DNA of 64,000 bases from Gemmatimonadota bacterium. Lineage in GTDB: Bacteria; Gemmatimonadota; Gemmatimonadetes; Gemmatimonadales; GWC2-71-9. Shown in pieces: positions 16,849-25,936 of the stretch (its first letter is position 1; every line of letters begins with the position of its first letter). Both the position numbers and the translations under genes were made by a program. The stretch spans positions 406 through 64,405 of the forward strand of contig JBDHLU010000001.1 in NCBI GenBank assembly GCA_039656555.1, in the 5' to 3' direction. The notes under the pieces are model-generated. The model did no database searches and was not told where the DNA came from. It saw nothing but the letters and a program-made list of their open reading frames with translations.

Positions 16849-18099
16849 CTAGCTCTGCTGCATCGTCTTGAAGAACTCGTCGTTGGTCTTTGCCCGCTTC
16901 ATGCGTTCCAAGAGGAATTCGATGGCTTCGACCGTGGGCATGTCCGCCAAGAAGTTGCGGAGCAGGTACATCTTGTTGAGCTCGTCCTTCTCGAGCAGGA
17001 GCTCCTCTTTTCGCGTGGAACTCCTCTGCACGTCGATCGCAGGATAGATTCTCCGGTCCGCGATGCCGCGGTTCAGGATGAGTTCCATGTTGCCGGTGCC
17101 TTTGAACTCTTCAAAGATCACTTCGTCCATCCGGCTTCCGGTTTCGATCAGCGCGGTTGCGATGATGGTGAGCGAGCCACCGCCCTCGATGTTCCGGGCG
17201 GCACCAAAGAAGCGTTTTGGTTTCTGCAACGCGTTCGCGTCGACACCACCGGACAAGATCTTCCCCGAATGGGGGATCACGACGTTGTGTGCGCGCGCGA
17301 GACGCGTAATGGAGTCAAGCAGAATGATGACGTCGCGGCCGTGTTCGACCAGCCTCCGTGCCTTTTCAATGACCATGTCGGCAACTTGGACGTGCCGGTC
17401 GGCCGGTTCGTCGAACGTCGAAGAGATTACTTCCGCCTTGACGTTTTCTTCCATGTCCGTCACTTCTTCCGGGCGTTCGTCGATCAGGAGCACGATCAGT
17501 TCGGCATCGGGGGCGTTCTCGGATATCGAGTTGGCGACTTTCTGGAGGAGGATCGTTTTCCCTGCCTTCGGGGGGGAGACGATCAACCCTCGTTGGCCGT
17601 AGCCGACCGGCGTGATGAGGTCCATGACTCTCATCGAGATGTCTCCGCTCTCTTGTTCGAGGTGGATGCGGCGATCGGGATAGCGTGGCCGAAGGTTGTC
17701 GAACGCGATCCGGTGTTTGGCTTTCTCCGGCTCTTCGGAGTTGACGCTCTCGACCTTCAACAACGCCAAATACCGCTCACCATCTTTCGGCGGCCTGACC
17801 TGACCCAGAATCGTATCGCCCGTGCGTAGATCGAACCGCTTGATCTGGCTAGGGCTCACATAGATGTCATCCGGCCCATAGAGGTAGTTCCAGTCCTGGC
17901 TGCGAAGGAATCCGTAGCCCTCGGGAAGTATCTCCAGCACGCCCTCGCCACGGAGGACGGTGTCACTGTCGAGCAGGGATTGCTCGATTCGAAAAATCAG
18001 ATCTTGCTTGCGGAGGCCGGAGTAGTTGGTGATGTTGAGTTCTTCAGCCATCGCATTCAGTTCTGCGACTGACTTCTGTTTGAGTTCAGCGATGTCCAC
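16849..18099 (-). CDS. rho: Transcription termination factor Rho
   Basis: N-terminal RNA-binding domain ([15 protein letters not shown]), Walker A ([12 protein letters not shown]), [10 protein letters not shown] and [24 protein letters not shown]. Confidence 0.97.
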   Translation of the reverse strand: MDIAELKQKSVAELNAMAEELNITNYSGLRKQDLIFRIEQSLLDSDTVLRGEGVLEILPEGYGFLRSQDWNYLYGPDDIYVSPSQIKRFDLRTGDTILGQVRPPKDGERYLALLKVESVNSEEPEKAKHRIAFDNLRPRYPDRRIHLEQESGDISMRVMDLITPVGYGQRGLIVSPPKAGKTILLQKVANSISENAPDAELIVLLIDERPEEVTDMEENVKAEVISSTFDEPADRHVQVADMVIEKARRLVEHGRDVIILLDSITRLARAHNVVIPHSGKILSGGVDANALQKPKRFFGAARNIEGGGSLTIIATALIETGSRMDEVIFEEFKGTGNMELILNRGIADRRIYPAIDVQRSSTRKEELLLEKDELNKMYLLRNFLADMPTVEAIEFLLERMKRAKTNDEFFKTMQQS

Positions 18100-18269
18100 G
18101 GCTCAGGAGATCTCCATAAGGAAGGAATTGCGGTCCCTGCGGTTTTTGAAATGTTGAACGCCCACCGAGGGCGGATAACTCAGAATCGAGGGTGGTGTGT
18201 CGGGGGTATCTGCTGGATGTGTAGCCGCGTACATCATACGGGGGGCTACGAAACCCGTCAAGAGGCAAT

Positions 18270-19394
18270 GTGAAGGAACTCGTTCCCTACTTCAGCTGGT
18301 GGCGTACTACCGTCATACGTGATCGCGAGATCGTGGATGCCGTGGTTGAGCCCGAGCACCGAGGATCTACCGAGTTTCAGGGGGCGCTCGACCGGTGGAA
18401 AGGACGGTGGTACTGGCTGGATGAAGACGGGGACGGTCGGATCATGCTGATCCGGATCTTGAAGCCGGCGAAGCGGGAGCGATGGGTGCTCCATTTTGCG
18501 CTGTTTGCCGTCACCTTCGTCACCGTCTTCTACGGCGGTGCCCTCCTCAATGAGGTGTTTGTCCCGTTGCCCTTCACGGTCGACCGGCTGCAAGAGGGGC
18601 TACGGTATTTGGGTGACGCGTTGAGCGGCTCCACAGAGCTGGCAGCTGCGCGAGATTTTGCCCTCGGGCTCATGGCGATCTTGCTCGCCCACGAAACCGG
18701 CCATTATGTCGTGGCCAAGTATTACAAGATCAACGCCTCGCCCCCGTATTTTCTTCCAGCACCGTGGCCCGTGAACTTCGTCGGGACGTTTGGAGCTTTC
18801 ATCCGTCTTCGGAGTCCGATCGTCGATCGGCGCCAGCTCTTGGACGTTGGGGCTGCCGGCCCGTGGGCCGGGTTCGTGGTTGCTGTACTCGCACTCGTCG
18901 TTGGCCTCCGGCACTCGTCGGTTACATCTATCCAGGGCGCCACCGAGCAGTTCATCGTCATTGGGGCGGATCTCCATCTTTTCCTCGGTAATTCGGCGCT
19001 TTTGGTCGGGCTTCGGGAATTGCTGATTGGTGAGGGAACCGTTCACCTGAGCCCCCTGGCTTTTGCGGGGTGGGTTGGTGTCCTCGTGACCATGCTCAAT
19101 CTGCTCCCACTTGGGCAACTCGATGGGGGCCATGTCGTGTACGCATTGTTTGGCGAAAAACAACGTGTTATTGGGACCGCCGCGTGGTTGAGTCTCTTTG
19201 GCTTGGGGTTTCTGCCGGGTCAGTGGTGGTGGTGGATCTGGGCCATCCTGATCTTGCTGCTCGGCCGTGGCAGGCTGGGCCATCCACAGGTGCTGGACCG
19301 GCATAGAAAATTGCCGCGGAGTCGGAGACCCCTGGGTTGGGTAACCGCACTCCTCTTCTTCGCCACGTTCACGCCGGTGCCCATTCATTACTAA
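18270..19394 (+). CDS. Site-2 protease family (M50) membrane metalloprotease
   Basis: HETGHY (HExxH) in a TM segment, NLLPLGQLDGGHV second motif, and multiple TM helices. GTG start. Confidence 0.85.
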   Translation: MKELVPYFSWWRTTVIRDREIVDAVVEPEHRGSTEFQGALDRWKGRWYWLDEDGDGRIMLIRILKPAKRERWVLHFALFAVTFVTVFYGGALLNEVFVPLPFTVDRLQEGLRYLGDALSGSTELAAARDFALGLMAILLAHETGHYVVAKYYKINASPPYFLPAPWPVNFVGTFGAFIRLRSPIVDRRQLLDVGAAGPWAGFVVAVLALVVGLRHSSVTSIQGATEQFIVIGADLHLFLGNSALLVGLRELLIGEGTVHLSPLAFAGWVGVLVTMLNLLPLGQLDGGHVVYALFGEKQRVIGTAAWLSLFGLGFLPGQWWWWIWAILILLLGRGRLGHPQVLDRHRKLPRSRRPLGWVTALLFFATFTPVPIHY

Positions 19395-19458
19395 AAGGCG
19401 TCACTGAAAGGCGTCGATGGTCGATCGACGATTGACGATCAGCGATTGCCCCATTCCG

Positions 19459-19486
19459 TTGCGTAAGTCCCATATTCGTATATATT
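19459..19486 (+). promoter_or_regulatory. Sigma-70-like promoter candidate (TTGCGT-N16-TATATT) followed by palindrome TTTGCGCAAA (19485-19494)
   Basis: -35 at 19459-19464 and -10 at 19481-19486, in an AT-rich patch about 28 nt upstream of ATG 19514. Confidence 0.35.
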
Positions 19487-19513
19487 TGCGCAAACCAGCA
19501 GGTCCCTAAGCAC

Positions 19514-19801
19514 ATGCCAGGATCCCCGGTTCGGTATGGCCAGACCGATCCGTCAGAACCCACTGTCCACGAACTACCCCCGTTACGGTACGAGGGCGAA
19601 ACCGTCATCGTTCGCATCGTCGTGCGCCGCGCGGAGGACTCATCGTGGCGTGCCCGTCTTCTTTTTGGCGGCGAAACGCCCGACGCCGCTCCCACCACGG
19701 CTGAGATTTTCTACGCAGAAACCGAGCAGGACCTCTGGGTGTGTGTGTACGACCTCCGCGAGCATCATCTTCGAGATCTCTACCGATCGGTGGCCGAGTG
19801 A
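19514..19801 (+). CDS. Small hypothetical protein (95 aa)
   Basis: ORF with a candidate promoter upstream. Its stop overlaps the GTG of the next ORF (GTGA). No recognisable motif. Confidence 0.45.
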   Translation: MPGSPVRYGQTDPSEPTVHELPPLRYEGETVIVRIVVRRAEDSSWRARLLFGGETPDAAPTTAEIFYAETEQDLWVCVYDLREHHLRDLYRSVAE

Positions 19802-19986
19802 ACGACGACGTCGAGCAGCGCATCCGCAAGCTGCGACACGATTTGGCGAACCCTCTGGCAGCGGTGCTGGCCGAAACCCAATTGATGTTGCTGGAAACCG
19901 AATCCTACGATGAGGAGACGGTTGCCTCACTAAAGGAGATCGAAGGGCTTGCGCGCCGGATGCGGGATTTGATCCAAAACGCGTAG
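19798..19986 (+). CDS. Free-standing HisKA/DHp-like domain protein (62 aa) with H-box RHDLANPLAAV
   Basis: VNDDVEQRIRKLRHDLANPLAAVLAETQLMLLE...LKEIEGLARRMRDLIQNA matches the two-helix HisKA pattern. His codon at 19837-19839. There is no ATPase domain. The ORF-track entry (19741) begins upstream; GTG 19798 is chosen because of the coupling. Confidence 0.5.
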   Translation: MNDDVEQRIRKLRHDLANPLAAVLAETQLMLLETESYDEETVASLKEIEGLARRMRDLIQNA

Positions 19987-20264
19987 CCAACCTTGCTGCA
20001 GGACCGCAACAGCGCAGCACATTCTCCTGTTTCCCCTCTCGAACTGCCCAGGAAACGCTGGATTGTTAGGAAAATGGGCGTTCCAGGCCTAGGCGCATTC
20101 TTTGCGCTGGTTTCACCATGATATCCTGAAACGGGCAGGCTGAGGGGCGACCGGTCCCATGGGCTTGTGATGTGGCGTGTCACGGGCCACGGTGGCTTCT
20201 TGACGGTACCTGTGCTGGACACCAAGTTCCCGTTTCCTCTCGGTAGCGCCGTTGGAGTGGCATT

Positions 20265-21632
20265 ATGGTATACCATAGCTCGACCAAACGCATTCTTAGT
20301 TGGCGACGTGTTGGCGTTCTTGCCGCCGGTGTTGTGGTGCTTGCTGCTTGTGCCGGCCGGCCAACCGAAGTGTCCCCAAATGAAATCCCGGAACTCGAGG
20401 CACGACTCGCGGATGATCCGGAAGACGGAGATGTGCTGTTGCGGTACGCGGCTGCACTGTTTTCGGCGGGTCGATGTGATTCCGCCAGTGTCGTAGCGGC
20501 GAGAGGGGCGCAAGCCAAACCCCGCAGCGCTCTCGCGCCGCTCGTGCTGGGGCAGTGCCTCGAACAGGCGAACGATTTTGACCAAGCTGTTGGGGTTTAC
20601 GGAGCGTTCTTGACGACGTTCCCGGAAGAGCGGGGAGCAGATGCGGTGCGTGCGCGCCAGATGTTGGCGTTGCGGGCGCGTGCTACACTCCGGGCACAGA
20701 ACGCGTTGGCACAGGAAGCGCAACTCGGTACTCAGGGTGGCGATCTACGCACCTTGGCGGTGCTGCCGATCGACATTGCGGGAGATTCGATATACCAGCC
20801 TCTTGGCCGAGGCTTGGCGCAGATCTTCACAGCCGACCTGGCCCTGTTGCAACAGTTCACCCTCGTTGAACGCATCCAGGTTCAGGCCCTCCATGACGAG
20901 ATCCGGTTGGCCGAAACCGGGCGCATCGATCAAGCTACGGCAGCTCGTATGGGCCGGATGCTGCAAGCCGGACGCATGGTGCAAGGCGCGGCGGCCATTC
21001 CGGACGAAGATGACGTTCAGCTGAACATGGCCGTGATAGACAACCAGGGTCAGGTGGACAGTCCTTCGGCTCGCCAGGGACGCCTGCGTGATCTCATGCG
21101 CATGGAAAAGGAAATTGTGATTGAACTTGCCGCTCAGCTTGGGTATCAGTTGTCCGAGGCTGAACGACGGGCGATTCTCGAGAACGGAACGCAGAACCTC
21201 GCGGCGTTCCTAGCTTATTCGAACGGGTTGGCTGCGGAAGACATCGGGGACTTCAGTGCCGCCGCCGCGTACTTCCAGCAAGCCGTCCAGAGCGACCCTG
21301 GGTTCCAACAGGCGCGTGAGCAGTTCCGCGCGAATGCCGCAGCTCCCGCGGTCGAGAACGCCACGGCCGGTCAAATCACCACGGTGTCAGCCGAAACCGT
21401 TCAGGCGCCGGACGTCTTCGGTGAGCCCGTGGCAGACGCCGTCAGTACTTCGGTGGCCGATGTCGCCGCGACTACATCTGAAGCTATCTCTGGGACATCG
21501 ACGGGTTCGACGTCTACGACTACGCAGCAGGCTACCCAAACCACGACATCGACGCCCAATCCGACGACGGTTATCAAGGGCGTGTCCCCGACGATCACCG
21601 GCGTGGTACGCGTCATCTTCCGCCTGCCGTGA
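20265..21632 (+). CDS. Lipoprotein with TPR region, CsgG/TolB-N-like domain and Thr/Ser-rich C-terminus
   Basis: Lipobox VVVLAAC. LAVLPIDIAGDS...LVERIQVQALHDEIRLAETGRIDQATAARMGRMLQAGRMVQG resembles the CsgG/LpoB-type fold. C-terminal run TSTGSTSTTTQQATQTTTSTPNPTT. Confidence 0.6.
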   Translation: MVYHSSTKRILSWRRVGVLAAGVVVLAACAGRPTEVSPNEIPELEARLADDPEDGDVLLRYAAALFSAGRCDSASVVAARGAQAKPRSALAPLVLGQCLEQANDFDQAVGVYGAFLTTFPEERGADAVRARQMLALRARATLRAQNALAQEAQLGTQGGDLRTLAVLPIDIAGDSIYQPLGRGLAQIFTADLALLQQFTLVERIQVQALHDEIRLAETGRIDQATAARMGRMLQAGRMVQGAAAIPDEDDVQLNMAVIDNQGQVDSPSARQGRLRDLMRMEKEIVIELAAQLGYQLSEAERRAILENGTQNLAAFLAYSNGLAAEDIGDFSAAAAYFQQAVQSDPGFQQAREQFRANAAAPAVENATAGQITTVSAETVQAPDVFGEPVADAVSTSVADVAATTSEAISGTSTGSTSTTTQQATQTTTSTPNPTTVIKGVSPTITGVVRVIFRLP

Positions 21633-22765
21633 CGATCATGCGCAGCGCTGCTCTCGTACTTGCACTCTCAGCGGGCTTCACGGCTGTCGCGCATGGCCAG
21701 GGTTTCGATTTCACTGGGCGAGCAGCGTACTTCGCTGAGAGCTATACGTTCGACGACGGGCTCGCCTACAAGACCGTTTCGGAATACACGTGGCCGGTCG
21801 GTCTCAATGCCTCGTTTGGGAGCCGGGTCGATCTGGCGCTGTCAACCGGCTATGTCATCGTCCGGCTCGAGTCCGCGGTCCCGGAACAACTCCCTGATCA
21901 GCGTCTGTCCGGGATCCTCGATACCGAAGCACGACTTTCATATAATGTGATTCCCGGCCGCCTGGTCATCTTTGGGACGGGGGTCATTCCCACGGGCATA
22001 CAGACGGTGAGTGCCGAGCAGCTGTCGATCTTGGGTGCGATAGCCAGTGACCTCATAGGGTTCACTGCTACCACGCTGGGTACTGGGGGAACGGTAGGTG
22101 GTGGTCTTGCCGGCGCGATGCCGGTCGGCAAGTTTGCACTCGGGGTCAGTGGTACTTATACGAATCCAATGTCGTACGTACCGGTGGTGGGTGATTCGAA
22201 AGCGCTCATCCCGGGGGCCGAACTCCGGGTGCGTGCAGGCCTCGAAGGTCCACTCGGACGGCGAACATATCTTCGAACGGCCCTCATCTGGGCCGGTCGA
22301 CAACAGGACGTAGTCGGCGATAGTACACAAAACGGCGTAGGCAACCGCATTATCGGGTATCTGTCGGTAAACCACGCGATGGGCCCTGGCACGATGACGC
22401 TCTTCGTGTTCGACGTGTTCCGCGGCGACCCCACGCTTGAAGCTGGTCTCGTGGGTGCCACGATCCTGCCTCGCGGTAATCTCCTGGCCATCGGTGGTCG
22501 CTACGATTGGCGACTCGGCCTCGAGACGACCGTGGCACCGCGGGTCGAGTTTCGCGTTTCGACCGCTGCCCCGTTTGAGGGAGACACAAAACTTCTCCTC
22601 GCCGGCCAATCGGTGCGATACGGCCTGGACATTCGACGACAGTTCGGCCGGTCTTTGATTGGCGCTCTCCAGGCAGACGGCCTTGGCGGGTTCATCATGC
22701 AGGCCGGTGAACGGGTCGGGATGAACGGGTACCGCGTTTCCGCACACGCGGAGTGGCGGCCGTAG
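21629..22765 (+). CDS. Putative outer-membrane beta-barrel protein
   Basis: Signal peptide MRSAALVLALSAGFTAVAHGQG, an alternating hydrophobic beta-strand pattern, and Gly/aromatic-rich composition. Its start overlaps the upstream stop by 4 nt. Confidence 0.55.
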   Translation: MTIMRSAALVLALSAGFTAVAHGQGFDFTGRAAYFAESYTFDDGLAYKTVSEYTWPVGLNASFGSRVDLALSTGYVIVRLESAVPEQLPDQRLSGILDTEARLSYNVIPGRLVIFGTGVIPTGIQTVSAEQLSILGAIASDLIGFTATTLGTGGTVGGGLAGAMPVGKFALGVSGTYTNPMSYVPVVGDSKALIPGAELRVRAGLEGPLGRRTYLRTALIWAGRQQDVVGDSTQNGVGNRIIGYLSVNHAMGPGTMTLFVFDVFRGDPTLEAGLVGATILPRGNLLAIGGRYDWRLGLETTVAPRVEFRVSTAAPFEGDTKLLLAGQSVRYGLDIRRQFGRSLIGALQADGLGGFIMQAGERVGMNGYRVSAHAEWRP

Positions 22766-22773
22766 CGAAGCTG

Positions 22774-25464
22774 TTAGTCCTGCCGTAGGGCGATAATCGG
22801 ATCCACACGACTCGCGCGCCATGCCGGAACTAGGCATGCGATTATGGCAATGACGCCGAGAAAAATCCCCACGCCACCCAACGTCAGTGGGTCGATCGGC
22901 CCCACGTTGAACAACAGGCCTGCGATGAGTCGTGAAGTCGCTACCGCCATGGACAACCCCACGATGATCCCGATCAGTGCCAGCTTCAGTCCGTGTCCCA
23001 AAACCAAGCGCTGCAGCTCTGCACGGCCGGCGCCGAGCGAGACCCGAACACCGAACTCATGTTGCCGTGTACTCACGCCGTAGGAGATCACGCCGTAGAT
23101 CCCTACGGCTGCCAACGTGAGCGCAAGGGCTCCGAACAACCCCATCATGACCATGTTGAACCGCTGTGGAGCCAGCGACGTGGCCAACAACGATTCGAAT
23201 GATGCAGCGTCAAACACGGCGAGCGCAGGGTCGATTTGGCCGATTTCGCTTCGCATGGTGGTGATGACCGTGCCCGGGTCCGTAGTGGTGCGCAGGATGA
23301 TGTCGAACCCGGAGAATGGCAGCTGTTGCATCGGTGCGTACACCGCCGGGCGCGAGAGCTGAGATAGTCCCATGAACCGTACGTCGTCGACGACCCCGAT
23401 GATCGTGCGCATCAGTCCCCAGAACTGCAAACGTTTGTTCAGCGGGCTCTCAGCGGGAAAATATTTGCGGGCCAGCGCGTTGTTGATCACGACGACCGGG
23501 GGAGCATCACCGCGATCGAGTGGACCAAAATCACGTCCCTCTAACAACGACGTCCCGACGGTCTTGAAATAGCCCGCGCTGACCGGTCGTATGCGTTCTT
23601 CCTCAACGCCTTCCTCCACGGTCATCGCTCCTCCCTCGATCGCGATACGTGTGGTCCAGCCAGGGTTCGTCGGTGCGTTGAGTGCGAGGGCCGCGTGACT
23701 CACGGACGGGAGTCGCGTCGCACGTTCGAGAACATCGGCGTAGAACGCTTTGACTTCGGGCGCGTCGGGCCAAGCCGTGAAATCCGATGGATAGCGGGTT
23801 GCAGGGAGGCCTACGGTGAGACGCACGAGGTTTTCGTGTCGAAACCCAGGATCGACCTGTGTGAGTTGCCACATGCTCCGAAGCAGCAAGCCCGACCCCA
23901 CGACCAACACGAAGGCGATAGCGATTTGCGCGACGGCCAAAGTTGTCCGGATGCGTCCCGTTCGGACCCCGCCTGAGGTGCGGCCGCCCTCCGCGAGTGC
24001 GTCAGTCAGTTTCGTCTTGGTTGCTTGGAGGGCCGGGAGAATGCCGAACGCGATGCCCGTCACCGCCGTTGCGATGAATGCGAACAGCAGCACACTCGGA
24101 CTGATGGCGATCTCGTTCAGGCGTGGCAGGTTTGCCGGAGCGATGGCCAAGAGAATCCGGATGCCGGCATACCCCATGGCAACCCCGACGATTCCACCGG
24201 CAATAGCCAGAGTTAGGCTCTCGACGAGGAGTTGCCTCACGATGCGACCGGTTCCGGCGCCGATCGCTGCCCGGACCGCAATCTCTCGCTTTCGCGCCGA
24301 ACCACGTGTGAACAAGAGGTTCGCGACGTTTGCGCACGCGATGAGCAGTACCAGGGTGACGGCGCCCATCAGGAGCCAGAGTGCTGGTTGCACGCCGCCG
24401 GTGATCGTGAATTCCAGGGGATCGACCGTGGCACCACGCCCAATGTTGTCATTCGGATACGCGCGCTCGAGATCAGCCATAATCCTGGTCATGTCAGCCC
24501 GCCCTGCCTCGAGCGCGACGCCATCGCTCAAACGCGCGATAACGCCGAGATTGTGTTGACCCCGCATCGTCGTCGTCTCATCGTATTGCAGCGGGACCCA
24601 AACGCCCACGTCGGGGAGAAACTGAAAGCCGGGGGGCATCACGCCCACGACCTCGTAGGTCACCTCGTTGAGTTCGATGGTCCGGCCAATGACACCCTCG
24701 TCGCCGCCAAAACGCGATTCCCACAACCCATGGCTGAGCACGGCCACCATGGCGCCACCGGGGTGGTCTTCTTCCTCGAGGAAACCTCGACCGATCGATG
24801 GACTCCAGCCGAGAGTGGGGAACAGCGAGTGCGTTACCTGCGCTGCGGTGAGTCGATCGGGATCCTTGACGCCGTCACTCAAGGTGGGATTGAAACCGGT
24901 CCAGGCCGCCATCGACTCGAATGCGCGTTGGGTGGCGAGGTAGTCGAAGTAATCCGGCCCTGAGCTGCCTTCGCGCTGGGTGTTGTTGAACCGATCGCTT
25001 TGCGACACGACGACGAGCTCGTGGGCGTTGGGATAGGGCAGCGCACGCAAAATGACGCCGTGGACGATAGAGAACATTGCCGTGTTGGCGCCGACGCCGA
25101 GCGCAACCGTCAATATCACGACGAGGGAGAAACCGGGTTGTTTGACGAGCGTCCGGAGGGCAAAGCGAATGTCTTGGGCAAGGTTCATGATCAGGCTCTT
25201 CCGGCGTGCGGGTGGTGTTGTGGAGTGCACCCTCGATGCATGAGCATTTGCGGGCCGAAACCGTTCGAGTACTCCGCCAACGGTCAGATTGGCGAGTTGG
25301 ATCACCAGTTCCACATGGGCGGTAACGCTGCCACGAGTGTTCAGGTCATCGATGTAGGTATCGGTGATCGTCGCGCTGAGTTCGTCTTCGTACCGATCTC
25401 GAAAAGGCCCAGGGTAGAACCGGGAGAGAAGCCGCGCAATGCGTGTAATGCGGGAGGTGAGCAT
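22774..25464 (-). CDS. ADOP-type duplicated FtsX-like ABC permease (MacB-like periplasmic domain + FtsX, twice)
   Basis: 896 aa with two FtsX-type 4-TM modules and the N-terminal prefix LLSRFYPGPFRDRYEDEL typical of PadR-linked ADOP permeases. Confidence 0.8.
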   Translation of the reverse strand: MLTSRITRIARLLSRFYPGPFRDRYEDELSATITDTYIDDLNTRGSVTAHVELVIQLANLTVGGVLERFRPANAHASRVHSTTPPARRKSLIMNLAQDIRFALRTLVKQPGFSLVVILTVALGVGANTAMFSIVHGVILRALPYPNAHELVVVSQSDRFNNTQREGSSGPDYFDYLATQRAFESMAAWTGFNPTLSDGVKDPDRLTAAQVTHSLFPTLGWSPSIGRGFLEEEDHPGGAMVAVLSHGLWESRFGGDEGVIGRTIELNEVTYEVVGVMPPGFQFLPDVGVWVPLQYDETTTMRGQHNLGVIARLSDGVALEAGRADMTRIMADLERAYPNDNIGRGATVDPLEFTITGGVQPALWLLMGAVTLVLLIACANVANLLFTRGSARKREIAVRAAIGAGTGRIVRQLLVESLTLAIAGGIVGVAMGYAGIRILLAIAPANLPRLNEIAISPSVLLFAFIATAVTGIAFGILPALQATKTKLTDALAEGGRTSGGVRTGRIRTTLAVAQIAIAFVLVVGSGLLLRSMWQLTQVDPGFRHENLVRLTVGLPATRYPSDFTAWPDAPEVKAFYADVLERATRLPSVSHAALALNAPTNPGWTTRIAIEGGAMTVEEGVEEERIRPVSAGYFKTVGTSLLEGRDFGPLDRGDAPPVVVINNALARKYFPAESPLNKRLQFWGLMRTIIGVVDDVRFMGLSQLSRPAVYAPMQQLPFSGFDIILRTTTDPGTVITTMRSEIGQIDPALAVFDAASFESLLATSLAPQRFNMVMMGLFGALALTLAAVGIYGVISYGVSTRQHEFGVRVSLGAGRAELQRLVLGHGLKLALIGIIVGLSMAVATSRLIAGLLFNVGPIDPLTLGGVGIFLGVIAIIACLVPAWRASRVDPIIALRQD

Positions 25465-25468
25465 CGGG

Positions 25469-25828
25469 CTACGCCTGCTCGGGTTGCAGTAGCTTCTTCA
25501 CGCGTGCGGCGTGGAGCGCGGCAGCGAGTCGTTGCGCCTCCGAGACGGCCACCCTACGCCCGAGCTTCGTCAACCGATAGGTTCTGCGTCGCCCGTCCCG
25601 GTTTGCAGGTTGAGTCGTGGCCGTAACTTCTTCGATATGTCCCTCGGTGAGCAGGCGATCGATGGCGCGGTACAGAGTGCCGGCACGAAGGCGCGTTCCG
25701 GTCCGGGCCTCAACTTCCTGCATAACGCCGTACCCGTGCCGCGGTTGATCCGCGAGGGCAATAAGGATCTCAAACACAACCGGTGTAAGCGGCAGATGCA
25801 TGCGGGTATCTGGATCGTCGTAGGGCAT
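25469..25828 (-). CDS. PadR-family transcriptional regulator
   Basis: LTPVVFEILIALADQPRHGYGVMQEVEARTG..LRAGTLYRAIDRLLTEGHIE is a PadR winged helix. It lies 4 nt upstream of the ADOP gene. Confidence 0.88.
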   Translation of the reverse strand: MPYDDPDTRMHLPLTPVVFEILIALADQPRHGYGVMQEVEARTGTRLRAGTLYRAIDRLLTEGHIEEVTATTQPANRDGRRRTYRLTKLGRRVAVSEAQRLAAALHAARVKKLLQPEQA

Positions 25829-25936
25829 TCCTCGTCGCTCCCATTATTCACCTTGAGAATATACTCCTAAGGAGACTAGTGGTCCAGCGGTCGCCCGCCG
25901 TCTGTCATCTGCTGTCCGCCCCGTGAATATTCCCCC

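Noticed and set aside
19395-19458. The direct repeat AAAGGCGTC-ACTG-AAAGGCGTC and the GAT-rich stretch (tcgatggtcgatcgacgattgacgatcagcgattg) downstream of the site-2 protease gene.
   Set aside because: It is short, unique in the window and without clear symmetry beyond TCGATCGA. It could be an operator for the downstream micro-operon, but the evidence is too thin to report as a feature.
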